64,000 nucleotides of DNA from Mobula hypostoma (lineage: Eukaryota). Position 1 is the stretch's first letter, and each line of letters starts with the position of its first letter. The position numbers and the translations under genes were made by a program. This document shows, in pieces, positions 1-11,813 of the stretch. The notes beneath the pieces are model-generated. The model was not told where the DNA came from and ran no database searches. It saw nothing but the letters and a program-made list of their open reading frames with translations. The DNA is taken from NCBI RefSeq assembly GCF_963921235.1, contig NC_086101.1, forward strand, positions 5,396,001-5,460,000. The letters are read 5' to 3'.

Positions 1-392
1 AAGCTGATCCTAAACCTGCTGGAATTTTGGGGAAAAGAACAGTTATCAGAGACTGGTGTGGTTTGGAGCTGGGACATCCCAAACCTGGCACCAAAGGGCC
101 CCGAGGCCAAATTGCACCACAAACGGTTAATGCTGAGAGAGTGGGACTGATGGAAAGAGGGGGGAGGGGGGGAAGGATGGAGAAAGGTGGGAGAGGGGAG
201 AATTTGAAGTACCTACTTATTCATCAATACGGTTTGAGATTTTGGTGCACTGTAAGTTGTAACTGAGCTCGAAGCCCAGGTTATCAGGTAGCCAGGATTT
301 CTCAGGGAAGAGACGAGGAAGTATCTACATTGAAGAGATATTTCCATGGGAAGGGGTTTGAGGGCAGCTGCTCGCTGACTGTGGCCTGGTAC

Positions 393-692
393 CTGTGGTG
401 CTGATGACGATGGACAGGGGGTCAGTGCGGCGGCCCCCAGATGCGCCGTGGATGTAGACGGTGTACTTGGTGCTGGGCTGGAGACCCAGGATGACGTAGG
501 AGCGTCGGTTGCCAGCGACCCGGATCTTCCGTACGCGCTCGGACCCCTGCGCCCTGTATTGAATGACGAAGGAGTCGAAGCGCCTGCGGGCCGACCACGA
601 CAGTCCCAGCGAGTCGGCCGTCATGTTGGAGACGGAGAGGCTGCCCAGAGCCTGCAGGTGGCCCAGCCTCGTGCCTTCCTGAACGATGGAAG
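393..692 (-). CDS. Tenascin-like FN3 exon T18 (300 bp)
   Basis: Acceptor ttctgcctgcag|, donor G|gtacca; ASIVQEGTRLGHLQALGSLSVSNMTADSLGLSWSARRRFDSFVIQY...VISTT. Confidence 0.9.
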
Positions 693-759
693 CTGCAGGC
701 AGAAGGTGAGTAGGAAGAGGGAGGGTGGAAGGTGAGACGGTCAGTGTATGCCGGGCTGC

Positions 760-920
760 GTGACAGCCTAGCCGCTAGCACAAGCACTTTACAGAGACAG
801 CGATCACTGATCGGGGATCAATTGCCACTGCTGTCTGTAAGGAGTTTGTACGTTCTCCCCATGACCACGTGGGTTTCCTCAGAGGGCTCTGGTTTCCTCC
901 CACAATCCAAAAGTGTACGG
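760..920 (+). mobile_element. V-SINE-like tRNA SINE (HE1-like)
   Basis: V-domain ctgtctgtaaggagtttgtacgttctcccc...ggtttcctcccaca; related copies at about 1330-1530 (-), 8645-8900 (+), 34710-35060 (-) and 41495-41582 (+). Confidence 0.7.
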
Positions 921-1231
921 GTTAGGGTTAGGGTTAGTAAGATGCACAGGTTAGGGCTAGTAAGATGTACAGGTTAGGGTCAGTAATATGTACTGGTTAG
1001 CATCAGTAATATGTACGGGTTAGAGTTAGGGTCAGTAAGGTGTATGGGTTAGGGTTAGTAAGATGTATGGGTTAGGATCAGAGTTACTAAGATGTACAGG
1101 TTAGGGTTGGGGTTAGTAAGATATATGGGTTAGGTTAGGGTTAGTAAGATGTATGAGTTAGGGTTAGGGTTAGTAAGATGTACGGGTTAGGGTTAGGGTT
1201 AGTAAGATGTATGGGTTAGGGTTAGGGTTAG
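915..1231 (+). repeat. Tandem repeat with telomere-like GGGTTA blocks
   Basis: Variable unit of about 17-29 bp, (gggtta)1-3 gtaagatgta(c/t), repeated about 13 times. Confidence 0.9.
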
Positions 1232-2177
1232 CTTTAGTATGCTGTGGACTATCTATTTATTTAACAAAAAGCGTGGAGTAGATCCTACAGCCCTTCGGGC
1301 TGAGCCACTCCAGCATCCCCCGCAAGCCCGATTTGACTCTAACCTAACCCCAGGACAAATTACAACGACTAATTAATCTATCCAGTGCAGTGGAAGGAAA
1401 CTGAAGCACCTGGAGAAAACCCAAGCATTCCACAGGGAGGACATACAGCCTCCTTACAGAGGATGCTGGGAATGAACTCTGAACTCCGACGCCCCGAGCT
1501 GCAATCGCTCACTCTAATCGCTAAGCTACCACAGCGCCCGTTGCTGCTGGAAGCATATCGACACTTGGCGGCTGCCCCCAGCACGAAACCGGACCGTGTT
1601 GGTCATTGACATATAAAAGACGCATTTCAGAGCGTGTTTACTTTGTGTGAGGCAATTAAAGGTAATCTTTATCTTTAACCTGCATTTCTGCAGTGCTTGT
1701 CCAGAGAACTCAGGGAAGGATGCCTCGCTTGTAGGCTGCATGGTGTCTACCCTGCACCCAACTCAGCAATTGCTCCCTTCGGCCAGTGGCGTGGCAATGA
1801 GAAGAGAGTTGTTTATCCACTGACATGGGTCAGAGGAGAAATCATTGGTGCGGGAGACATCAAGGACTAGGCCAGACAAGATGCCCAGGAGAAATCCTCT
1901 CAGTTTCTGGAGCTGCCTCAGTACGGGGGCCCGTCCTGGAATATCATTCCAAGTGGTGGGGGGGGGGCAAGGTAGTATAGGGACCCTTCACCTCTGACCA
2001 TCTCCCCCTACCGCCCCACCTTTCTGCGGCCACCTAGTTGGCAGCTTCCCAGCATGAGGGTGACTCCAAGGCTCAGGATGGACATGTCTGGCATGATAAC
2101 GCAGAAGGTTTGAAATGGGGAGTGTGGAGAGAGGAGGAGGTGGGGAATTAGAATCTGCTACGTGTGGCGTGAGGTAC

Positions 2178-2453
2178 CTGTGGTAGTTGCTACAAAGGCC
2201 ATCAACTTGGTCAGGCGCGTCTCATGCACACCATAGAGGACGATGATGTACTTGGTGCTGGGATGCAGGTTGGTGATGGAGTAAGATCTCTTGTTTGCAG
2301 CCACTGTCACGTTCTGGAAGCTGTACGAGCCGTGGGCCCTGTACTGGATCAGAAAGAACTGGTAGACGTGCTTCACCGTCCAAGAGAGTTGCAGGGAGTT
2401 GGCTGTGATGTCAGAGACTCCGGGTCTGGTGGGGGAGGTGGCCTCTGGGGTGT
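2178..2453 (-). CDS. Tenascin-like FN3 exon T17 (276 bp)
   Basis: Acceptor cttggcctccacag|, donor G|gtacct; DTPEATSPTRPGVSDITANSLQLSWTVKHVYQFFLIQY...VATTT. Confidence 0.87.
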
Positions 2454-3006
2454 CTGTGGAGGCCAAGAGAGAGGAGCCAGGTGAGAGGGGCGTCCAGCCA
2501 CTGCCCCGACGACAGGAAAGTGCAGAGAACCTGCTTCATGGTGGATTCTCCATCAGAACCAGCTCTCCATGAGGGAATACAGGGTAGAGCGGGAGAGGTA
2601 ATTACATGCACTGAGCATGGGGGGAAGAGAGGGCAAGAGGGAGGGGGAAGAGAGGGGGGCGGAGAGGAAAGAGAGAGAGAGAGAGAGAGAGAGGGAAAGA
2701 TAAATAGATAGATAGATAGAGATGGTTGGGGTGGGGGCTCCATCCCATAACGATAGCCTGTAGATAGAGAGAAGAAGAAACCCTTGGACATGCACAAGGC
2801 TTCCTCAAGTCTGATCCATCAGGCTGGTTTATGGTGTCGCCTGATGGAGTCTTGTCTGAGAGCCTGAGGTCAGAGGTCTCTTGACCATATGAGCCTGCCT
2901 TAGGCTTCAGCCTTCCCGTCGGATCCAGCCGGCCGAGATGATCACCACTTGGCCCTGAAGGAAATATCTGCCAAAGGTGAATGTTTCCTTCAGTTGCTGG
3001 ATGTAC

Positions 3007-3306
3007 CTTTGGTGATGACTGTGGCGGAGATGGGTTTGGTGTGACGTCCTCCGGACACTCCATAAAGGTAGAACGTGTACTTGCTGTTGGGCCTGAGGCC
3101 CGTGATGGTGCGGGAGCGGCTGCTGCCTTTTACGGGGACTTTCCGCACATCTTCCGTACCCTCAGGCCGGTACTGCAGCACGAAGGAGTCAAAGACCTTC
3201 CTCGCCTCCCAGGAGAGGCGGACTGAGCTGGCAGACTTCACCATCGCAGAAAGGCTGCCCAGCTCGGCCTTCTTGCTGGGCCTGGCGACTCCTGTCTCCT
3301 GGGAAA
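3007..3306 (-). CDS. Tenascin-like FN3 exon T16 (300 bp)
   Basis: Acceptor tttgtgctgcag|, donor G|gtacat; VSQETGVARPSKKAELGSLSAMVKSASSVRLSWEARKVFDSFVLQY...VITK. Confidence 0.9.
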
Positions 3307-3489
3307 CTGCAGCACAAACAACAACAAGCCTTTCACTAGCAACGTATAATCTGACTCCCCCACCTATCCCCACCCCCAGCCATGAATGGGAGATACCAGT
3401 AGAGAAAACCAGATGTTTGGTCAAAGAAGGGCCTCTCAAGAAAGGCAATGGGTGTTAGGAAGGAATATCGGTCCTCAGAGAAGGTAGGC

Positions 3490-3960
3490 AAATGCAATAT
3501 TGGCATCCATATCGAGAGGACTAGAATATAAAACCAAATGAGGCTTCAGTTGTCGACCCACACTTAGTATTGGCGGCAGTTTTGAGCCTCATATCTAAGA
3601 AATGGTGTGCTGGCATTAGAGAACGTCCAGAGGAGATTTACAAGAATGATCCCAGGAATGGAAGGGTTAATGTACGAGGAACGTTTGATAGTTCTAGACC
3701 TGAATTCATTGGAATTTGGAAGAATGAGGGAGGATCTCTTTGAAGCACACTTAATATTGAAAGGCCTGGATACAGTGGATGTAGAGTTTAATATAGCGGG
3801 GGAGTCTTGGACCAGAGGGCACAGAGTCAGAATAGAGGGATGTTCCTCTAGAACAGAGATGAGGAATTTTTTAGCCAGTGGATGGTGAATCTGTGGGATT
3901 TATTGCCATAGACATTGTGGAGGTTGTCATTGGTTATATTTAAAGTGAAGGTATATTTAA
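3490..3960 (+). mobile_element. CR1 LINE ORF2 3' fragment
   Basis: LALENVQRRFTRMIPGMEGLMYEERL...GESWTRGH motif. Confidence 0.85.
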
Positions 3961-3964
3961 AGGG

Positions 3965-4370
3965 ATGATGAAGAAGGAATCTGATTGGAAAGGAGAGTGG
4001 GCCGTGAAATAAGCAGAAGGAGGAAGGGAACCAGAGGGTGGAGATGGGAAGTTGAGGGGAAGAGAAAGAGTGAGAGAGGAACCAGAATGCAGAACGAAAA
4101 AAGAGAGAACGGGGAGGGAGAATTTACTTGAAATTGGAGAAATCGATGTTCATGCGATCAGGTTGGAGGCTACCCAGACGGAATACGAAGTATTGCTCCT
4201 CCAACCTGAGAGAGGCCTCACCATGGCAGAGATGAGGCCATGGACACACGTCAGAATAGTATTAGCAAGCCAAATTGAAACGGGTGGCCAACAGGGGTTG
4301 CCATCTTTTGTGGCGGATGGAGCGAAGGTGCTGGCGAAGTGGTCCCCCAGTTTACGTCGGGTCTCACAGG
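3965..4370 (-). mobile_element. Penelope-like element 3' fragment (endonuclease C-terminus plus pyrimidine-rich UTR)
   Basis: Minus strand 4125-4230 reads HGEASLRLEEQYFVFRLGSLQPDRMNIDFSNFK*. Confidence 0.7.
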
Positions 4371-4424
4371 ATAATCACAGGTGAACCTCTACAATATAGC
4401 ACCAAACTGGTAAGTCACCAAAGA

Positions 4425-4930
4425 CCTTCGCAAGTTTCTACAGATGCACTGTGGAGAGCACTCTAACGGGTTGTATCACTGTCCAGTAGGGACCGACCAC
4501 TGCGCAGGATCAGAAACAGCTCCAGAAAGTTGTCAACTCAGCCAGTTCTGTCATGGGCACCAGAATTGAAGATACATTCAAAAGGCCGAGCCTCAAATAG
4601 GTGGCACCCATCACTAACGACCCCCCTCACCCAGGACATGTCCTCTTCTCACTGCTGCCATCAGGGAGGAGGTACAGGAGCCTGAAGGCACACAGTCAAT
4701 GATTCAGGAACAGCTTCTTCCCCTCCGCCATCAGATTTCTAAATGGACACTGAACCCAAGTACACTTCCTCGGTAGTTCTTTCTTTTCTTTCTGCTCTCT
4801 TTTATTTATTTGGCATATATATGTCTCCTTGTTGTAATTTATAGTTTTATTATTGTATTGCAATGTATTCCCATCACAAAACAACACATTTCACAACATT
4901 ATGCCAGTGATACTAAATCCGATTCTGAAT
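4425..4930 (+). mobile_element. Rex1/Babar-like LINE 3' fragment
   Basis: Degenerate ESILTGCITVW..HPGH.LFSLLPSGRRYRSL motif, AT-rich UTR and gattct tail. Confidence 0.7.
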
Positions 4931-5509
4931 TATCTGCTCCCGAAGGCTGTGGAAGCTGGGTCATTGGGGTGTTTAAACAGGATATAGATGTTTGGAAAAT
5001 GAGGGAACTTATGCAGAAGAGGAAAAGAGGTCTGGGGGGTATCAGTCATGATAATATTTAGCAGTGATGCAGCATGGATAAGTGCCTGGGTAGGGAGCGA
5101 CAGTGGGACTGGTTAGAGGGGCTGAGTGGCCTACACCTGCCCCTATTTACTGGAGGAGTTCAACACCTACACTGTCAGTGGATGCCAATGTCTGGTGACA
5201 CAATCCACAGAGGAAAATTAGGAACACCTAGGCTTTTGGAAGGCTGGATTGTCATTAAAATCCTTTTCAATATGTTAACCAGGTCAGGGTCAGTTTGTGA
5301 CTCCCATTCCACTCGGAGTTAACCTTTAACAAACTGAGGTGGGGCTTGCTGAGATCAACATGACATCACTCCATGCATGAGGTGACTAGGAATACAGAAT
5401 CACGTGGCGTGATAGGAACACGAAACCTTCCTCCTAACCTACAGGTTGCTGTCCCACGGTAAAGAGACTATAACATTCCGTTGACGTGTTCATCTTCATA
5501 AGTCCAAGC

Positions 5510-6700
5510 GGGGAAATATCAATAAGATTGAAAGAGCACAGGATGTTGCTGCAACTCGAGGACCTGGGTTACAGGGAAATGTTGAGTAGGTTAGGACTTT
5601 GCTCCCTGGAGTCGAGGTGAATGAGGGAAGATTTAGTTGAGGTATGGAAAACTATAAGGGGCGCAGATAGTTTAACTGCAAGCAGGCTTTCTCCCCAAGG
5701 TTGAGTGACACTAGGGTTAAGGGTGAAAGGTGAAAAGTTGAAGGGGAATGTTGGCACTTACTTCAAGAGATTAGAAAATAAAAGCAAGGAGATAATGCTG
5801 AGGCTTCATAAGACATTAGTCAGGCTGCACTTGGGAGTATTATCAACAGTTTTGGGCCCCTTATCTCAGAAAGGATGTGTTGTCATTGGAGAGAGTCCAG
5901 ATGAGGTTCACCAGGATGATTCCGGGAATAAAGGGTCAACACATGAGGAGCTTTTGGCAGCTTTGGGCCTGTACTCACTGGATTTTAGAAGAATGCAGGG
6001 GGATCTCATTGAAACCTATTGAATGTTGGAAGGACGAGATAGGGTGGATGTGGAGAGGATGTTTCCTCTGCTGCTGGTATCCAGAACTACAGGTCACAGC
6101 CTCAAAATTGAGGGGCGACCTTTTAGAAGAGAGGTAAGGAGGAATTTTTTTTAACCAGAGTGCAGTAAATCTGTGGAATTCTCTGCCACAGACTGTGGAG
6201 GAGGCCAAGTCTATTTAAGGCAGAAGTTGACTGTTTCCTGATCAGTCAGGACATCAAAGGATATGGCAATAAGGCAGGTCTATGGGGTTGAGTGGGATCC
6301 AGGATCAGCCATGATGGAACGGCGGAGCAGACTCAATGGGCTGAATGGCCTAATTCTGCTCCCATGTCTTATGGTTTTATGAGGGAGAACTTTTTTTCAC
6401 TCAGAGGGTGGTGAGAGTGTGAAATGAGCTACCAGTAGAAGTGGTGACTTGCAGCATTTAAGAGAAACTTTTGTAGGTACATGGAGGGCTGTGGCCTAGG
6501 TGCAGACCAGATGGGCTGAAGGGCCTATTTCTGTGCTGTAGTGTTAGATATATCTCTAAGAGACAGTCAGACAGGTATACGGTTAGGAAGGGTTTAGAGG
6601 ATATGGACCAAACATGGGCAAATGAGGCTTGTTGAATTGATATCACGGTCAGTATGGACCAGACGGGCTGAATGGCCTGTTTCTGAGCTGTGCGGCTGAG
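5510..6700 (+). mobile_element. Nested CR1 fragments
   Basis: KEIMLRLHKTLVRLHL and LERVQMRFTRMIPG motifs, CR1 3' end atgggctgaatggcct. Confidence 0.8.
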
Positions 6701-6929
6701 TTAAAGCCAGGGCACCAGTCACTATCTCCTCTCCCAGTTGCTTTGCCCAAACATTCGAAGGGACTGTGAATGGTTCAGCATTTTGTAGGCAGAGACAACG
6801 GACTAGGAAGCAATTGAAAGGTACAGTTTAATATTGGATCAATGTGCAAACGGAATGAAAGGACGGCATTTATATAAAATTCAGATGGTGGGAACTCAGC
6901 TGGGAGATTGGTATAAAAGGAGGGAATCG

Positions 6930-7430
6930 AAATCAGAATCAGGTTTATTATCACTGGCACGTGTCATAAAATTTGTTAACTGAGCAGCAGTTCAATCCAA
7001 TACATCATATAGAAGAATAAATAAATAAAATACAGTATACGTATATTGAATTGATTAAAAATCGTGCAAAAACAGAAATAATATATATTAAAAAGTGAAG
7101 TAGTGTTCATCGGTTCAATGTCCATTTAGGAATCGGATGGCAGAGGGGAAGAAGCTGTTCCTGAATCACTGAGTGTGTGCCTTCAGGCTTCTGTATCTCC
7201 TACCTGATGGTAACAGTGAGAAAAGTGCATGCCCTGGGTGCTGGAGGTCTTTAATAATGGACACTGCCTTCCTGAGACACCGCTCCCTGAAGATGTCCTG
7301 GGTACTTTGTAGGCGAGTACCCAAGATGGAGCCGACTAGATTTACAACCCCCTGCAGCATCTTTCGGTCCTGTGCAGTAGCCCCTCCATACCAGACAGTG
7401 ATGCAGCCTGTCAGAATGCTCTCCATGGTA
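6930..7430 (-). mobile_element. Rex1/Babar-like LINE 3' fragment
   Basis: ORF 7166-7426 ESILTGCITVWYGGATAQDRK...HPGHALFSLLPSGRRYRSLKAHT. Confidence 0.8.
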
Positions 7431-7865
7431 ACTTATACCTACAAGTTTATGTTCTGGGCATATTGGGTTTAATTCCCTGTTCAGAATTACTGTGTGTGAT
7501 AGGGGCATCTCTAGGGAGCGCAAGTGGTAAGAAAAGGAGCAGCATATGTTGTTTGGATACAGTTCCTATGAGGCGCAGAGCAAACATCTAATTGCTAAAT
7601 TGAGATTTTTGGGACAGACAGTTTAACATGGAGAGTTTGTTCGGGTATTACTGCCATTCTAACATATATAAGAGTGTATTTGGCTTTCTGAAAAGCATTA
7701 GGCTTTATGTCTGAGTTTTTTTTGGTGGGGGAAATATAGTGGGCGAACTTCTTGTCTCTCTGCTCTACACACCACCTCAGAAGGTCTGTGCTACGTTGGT
7801 CTGCCAACCGCAACTAAGCTTTACAAGAAGAAGAACAAATTGGTACTGGACTATGCCGGGACTAC

Positions 7866-8166
7866 CTGTGGTATTGGCAACAGTGCTTAAGAGGTTTGGT
7901 GTGCTGGCTATTGGAGAGCCCATAGACTCAGAGTGTGTAGGCCATACTAGGCCTGAGGCCTATGATGGCCGTGGATCGCCGCTCGCCAGTTACCGTGAGG
8001 TTTCTCACGTCCACAGAGCCCGTGGCTACGTATTCGACAAGGAAGGAGTCAAAGGTACCTCCTGCCTCCCAGGAGAGTTCGAGGGAGTGCCCAGTGACCC
8101 TGGAAACCGATACACCATCCAGAGTCGGCACAACCACCGGCTTTTGACCCTCCATGAGGGTGGAGG
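7866..8166 (-). pseudogene. Disabled FN3 pseudo-exon T15 (301 bp)
   Basis: Acceptor ttgtatttcag| and donor G|gtagtc are intact; ASTLMEGQKPVVVPTLDGVSVSRVTGHSLELSW...YTL*VYGLSNSQHTKPL; TGA at 7928-7930 plus a +1 base near 7889-7890 before STVANTT. Confidence 0.85.
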
Positions 8167-8926
8167 CTGAAATACAAAATACACGGCCATTAGCTGGTTC
8201 GCAGTTCCCATGGCAACGCACATAAAGTGCTGGAGAAACTCAGCAAATCAGGCAGCTTCTATGGAGGGGAATAGAGAGTCATCTTCTCATTCTGGCTTGT
8301 TATTCTCCGTCTCATTCAGGCTTCTGCCCCCTTCCTTTCCAGTCCTGGTGAAGGGTCTCGGCCCAGAACGCTGGCTTTCCATAGATACTGCCTGTTCCTC
8401 CAGCATTTTGTGTGTGTTGCTCTGGTTTTCCAGCATCTGCAGAATATCAGCTCCTGTCTCTCGGGGAGGAAGTGAGAGAGAGTCGGGGAGAGATGGGATG
8501 GTTGAGGGTGGGGGAAGAGCATCCCAGAAAAAGGAGAGGCAGAGAGTTACGTATACTAAATGTTTATGTAGGGAGCAACAAAGAAGAGCAGCATCCCACT
8601 GCCCCAGAGATCCCGCTCTCTGTAATTGAGTTAAATCTGAGGAATCACGGTGGTGGAGCAGTTTGCAGAACACTATACGCAACGGCAATGGTTTGTAAGG
8701 AGTACGCACGTTCTCCCCGTGACCTCGGGGTACTCTGGTTTCCTCCCACAGTCCAAAAACGTAAGGGTTAGGGGTTAGTGAGTTCTGGGCATGCTACACT
8801 GGTGCAGGAAGTGTGGCGATCCTTGTGCGCTGCCTCCAGCACAACCTCGGACTGCGTTGGTCATCAGTGCATTTCACTGTGTATTTCAAAGTTTCAATAT
8901 GAGTGGGGAAAAGGCCTTCATCTTTA

Positions 8927-9177
8927 GAAGCAACACACATCGAAGTTGCTGGTGAACGCGGCAGGCCAGGCAGCATCTCCAGGAAGAGGGACAGTCGACG
9001 TCTCGGGCCGAGACCCTTCGTCAGGACGTCCTATCTCTGACGTCCTGACGAAGGGTCTCGGCCCGAAACGTCGACTGTACCTCTTCCTAGAGATGCTGCC
9101 TGGCCTGCTGCGTTCACCAGCAACTTCTATGTGTGTTGCTTGAAATTCCAGCATCTGCAGATTTCCTTGTGTTTGCG
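8927..9177. mobile_element. Palindromic Penelope-derived mini-element with hammerhead ribozyme motifs
   Basis: Inverted arms of about 100 bp; 10-bp TSD ttcatcttta (8917-8926, 9178-9187); CTGACGA...GAAACGTC core at 9045-9072. Confidence 0.8.
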
Positions 9178-9368
9178 TTCATCTTTATAAAATCTTTTTC
9201 TAATCTTCCCTGTGTCTTCGCCGATAATTGGACCCAGAACACACACATATCCACTGCTCAATCACTCTTGCCCGGGTTGTGTGCTCTCCAGCTACAGCCC
9301 ATCCTTACCCTCGCCTGGATGTTATGTTAACCGTGCCCCTCACCACTTAGCACGACTCCCACACCTGC

Positions 9369-9554
9369 CTGTGGAAACTGGGATTGAAAGGAGGTGATCG
9401 CTGGTGGGACTCGGGTGCCCACCCTTCAGTGAGTGAGACCCTGGGAGAAGGGAGGATGCCAGAGAAGGAGGAGGGGTGAGAGAGGAGCTTTGCTTCACTG
9501 CTGGAGCTGGAGCTTCCTTGTGTGATATCCACGTAGCACCCTCCTGTAATAAAT
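9369..9554 (-). CDS. Candidate Pro/Ser-rich linker exon (186 bp, GC donor)
   Basis: Strong acceptor ctgtgtatctttcag|; open in phase 1 (DLLQEGATWISHKEAPAPAVKQSSSLTPPPS...LLSIPVST); ends ACAG|gcaggt in phase 1; not a repeat I recognise. Confidence 0.3.
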
Positions 9555-9589
9555 CTGAAAGATACACAGATAGACAGCCCAGCCAGCAA

Positions 9590-10025
9590 GGACATATATA
9601 CTGAAAGATGCTGGAAAAGGGCCAGTATCACCATGAAGGATCCTGCCCACCCTGCTCATGGACTGGTTGTCCCACTCTCATCAGGGAGGAGGTGACGTAG
9701 CATCCACGCCAGGACTACCAGACTCAAAAATGGTTACTTTCCTCAAGCAGTGAGGCTGATCAACACCTCCACCCACTAACCCACCCCTCCACACCCCCAA
9801 CCACCACTACTTTATCATTCCCTGGCAGTCACCTCATGCACAGACACTCCTATGCCTAGTGTCACTTTATGGACATACAATCAATCTCTGTATATAAGCT
9901 ATCTTGTGTATTTATACTTATTGTGTTTTTTTATTATTATTGTGTGCCTTATTGTGTTGCATTGCCTCAGGAGTAAAACTATTCCATCCTTCTTTACACC
10001 TGTGTACTGGAAGTGACATTAAACC
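9590..10025 (+). mobile_element. Rex1/Babar-like LINE 3' fragment
   Basis: Degenerate KDPAHPAHGL.VPL.SGRR motif; same family as 61360-62170 (-). Confidence 0.65.
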
Positions 10026-10198
10026 ATCATTAATAAACACATTCAGAGAGGGAAAGGGACAGGAGAGATGGGATGTGGAAGAGGGATGCCGTAGAGTGGG
10101 AGAAGCAATTGAGGAAAGGAAGGGAAAAGGGGCTGAGAGGGAAGGAGAGTGAGGGATGGTCAAAGAGATGCATCATTGCACCCAGTGCCTTACAGTAC

Positions 10199-10483
10199 CT
10201 GCGGTGGTGATCTGGGTGGTGAGGGGCTGGGTCCGCAGAGACCCCAAGATCCCATAAAGAGAGATGACGTATCGGGTGGAGGGATGGAGACCCCCGATGA
10301 GGTACACTCGTTTCCCGCTGGCCACCGTGAGGTTCCGGGTCTCCTGCGACCCCTGAACCCTGTACTGGATGAGGAAGGAGTCAAAGGTCTTGTCTGTGGT
10401 CCAGGAGAGGTGGGCAGAGTTCGATGTGACGGTCGGGGTTGACAGGGTGCCCAGTCTCACTGGTGCTGTAGGATCTTCAGATG
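10199..10483 (-). CDS. Tenascin-like FN3 exon T14 (285 bp, class A)
   Basis: Acceptor ctctctgctttag|, donor G|gtactg; ASEDPTAPVRLGTLSTPTVTSNSAHLSWTTDKTFDSF...QITTA. Confidence 0.9.
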
Positions 10484-11400
10484 CTAAAGCAGAGAGGGCA
10501 ATGTGGTGAGAAACGATGGGGTACGCCCAGCTGCACACATACGGTGAACAAGAGATCAGAGAACATTTCAGAAATCCAAAACGTAAGAGCAAGTAACTGT
10601 GCGCAGTTTTGGTCACTTTCTCAGGTTTCATCTTAACCTATGACCTCTAGTTTTAGCTTCACCCGACCTCAGTGGGAACAGCCTGCTTGCAATTACCATA
10701 TCTATTTTCTCAGTATTGTAAGACCATAAGACTTAATAAGTACTGTGCATCTGTCTTCACTGTGGAAGATACTAGCAGTGTGCCAGAAGTCCATGAGTGT
10801 CAGGGAGCAGGAGTGAGTGCCATTGCTATTAAAAAGTGCTAGGCAAACTCAAAGGTCTTAAGGTGGATAAGTCCCCTGGACCAGATGGACTACATCCCAG
10901 AGTCCTGAGAGAGGTTGTTGAAGAGGTAAAGGATGCATTGGTCATGATCTTTCAAGAATTACTCGATTATGTTCCCAGACGACTGGAAGACTCTTTAAGA
11001 AGGAAGGAAGGCAAAAGAAAGGAAATTATAGGCCAGTTAGCCTCACCTCAGTGGCTGGGAACGTCTCAGAGTCTATTATTAAGAATGAGGTTTCAGGGTA
11101 CGTTGAGACCAATTATAAAATAAGTCAAAGTCAGCATGGTTTCTAAGAGGGAAATCTTGCCTGACAAATGTGTTGGAGTTCTTCGAGGAAGTAACAAGCA
11201 GAGTGGACAAAGGAGAGGCAGTGGATGTCATTTACTTGGATTTTCATAAGGCACTTGATAAAGTGCTACACATGAGGTTGCTTAACAAGATAAAATCCCA
11301 TGGCATTACAGGAGAGATACTGGTGTAGATAGCAGAATGGCTGACAGGCAGGAGGCAGCGAGTGGGAATAAAAGGGGCCTTTTCTGGTCGGCTGCCAGTG

Positions 11401-11800
11401 ATGTTGTGGGGATGGAACTGGACTCTCTGACGGTGGTGTCTGAAAAGAGGATGCTGTCCAAGTTGCGTGCCATCTTGGACAATGTCTCCCATCCACTACA
11501 TAATGTACTGGGTGGGCACAGGAGTACATTCAGCCAGAGACTCATTCCACCGAGATGCAACACAGAGCGTCATAGGAAGTCATTCCTGCCTGTGGCCATC
11601 AAACTTTACAACTCCTCCCTTGGAGGGTCAGACACCCTGAGCCAACAGGCTGGTCCTGGACTTATTTCATAATTTACTGGCATAATTTACATATTACGAT
11701 TAAACTATTTATGGTTCTATTACTATTTATTATTTATGGTGCAACTGTAATGAAAACCAATTTCCCCCGGGATCAATAAAGTATGACTATGACTATGACT
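11401..11800 (+). mobile_element. Young Rex1-like LINE 3' end with (ATGACT)n tail
   Basis: ILDNVSHPLH...RCNTERHRKSFLPVAIKLYN, aataaa and atgact x3; near-identical copy at 46797-47117 (-). Confidence 0.8.
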
Positions 11801-11813
11801 AGTGGTGTTCCTC

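Noticed and set aside
915..1231. Repeat-spacer pattern suggesting CRISPR or a true telomere remnant
   Set aside because: The spacers are not unique, the context is eukaryotic, and the array derives from the adjacent SINE.
2780..2954. Open phase-1 stretch GPSGDHLGRLDPTG... after a ttccttcag acceptor
   Set aside because: The intron from T16 would be only about 52 nt and there is no good phase-1 donor.
8204..8217. RFX X-box-like palindrome gttcccatggcaac (also gttgctacggtaac at 47273-47286) and a CTCF-like motif near 2029-2044
   Set aside because: Short motifs with no conservation or chromatin evidence; they could occur by chance in 64 kb.
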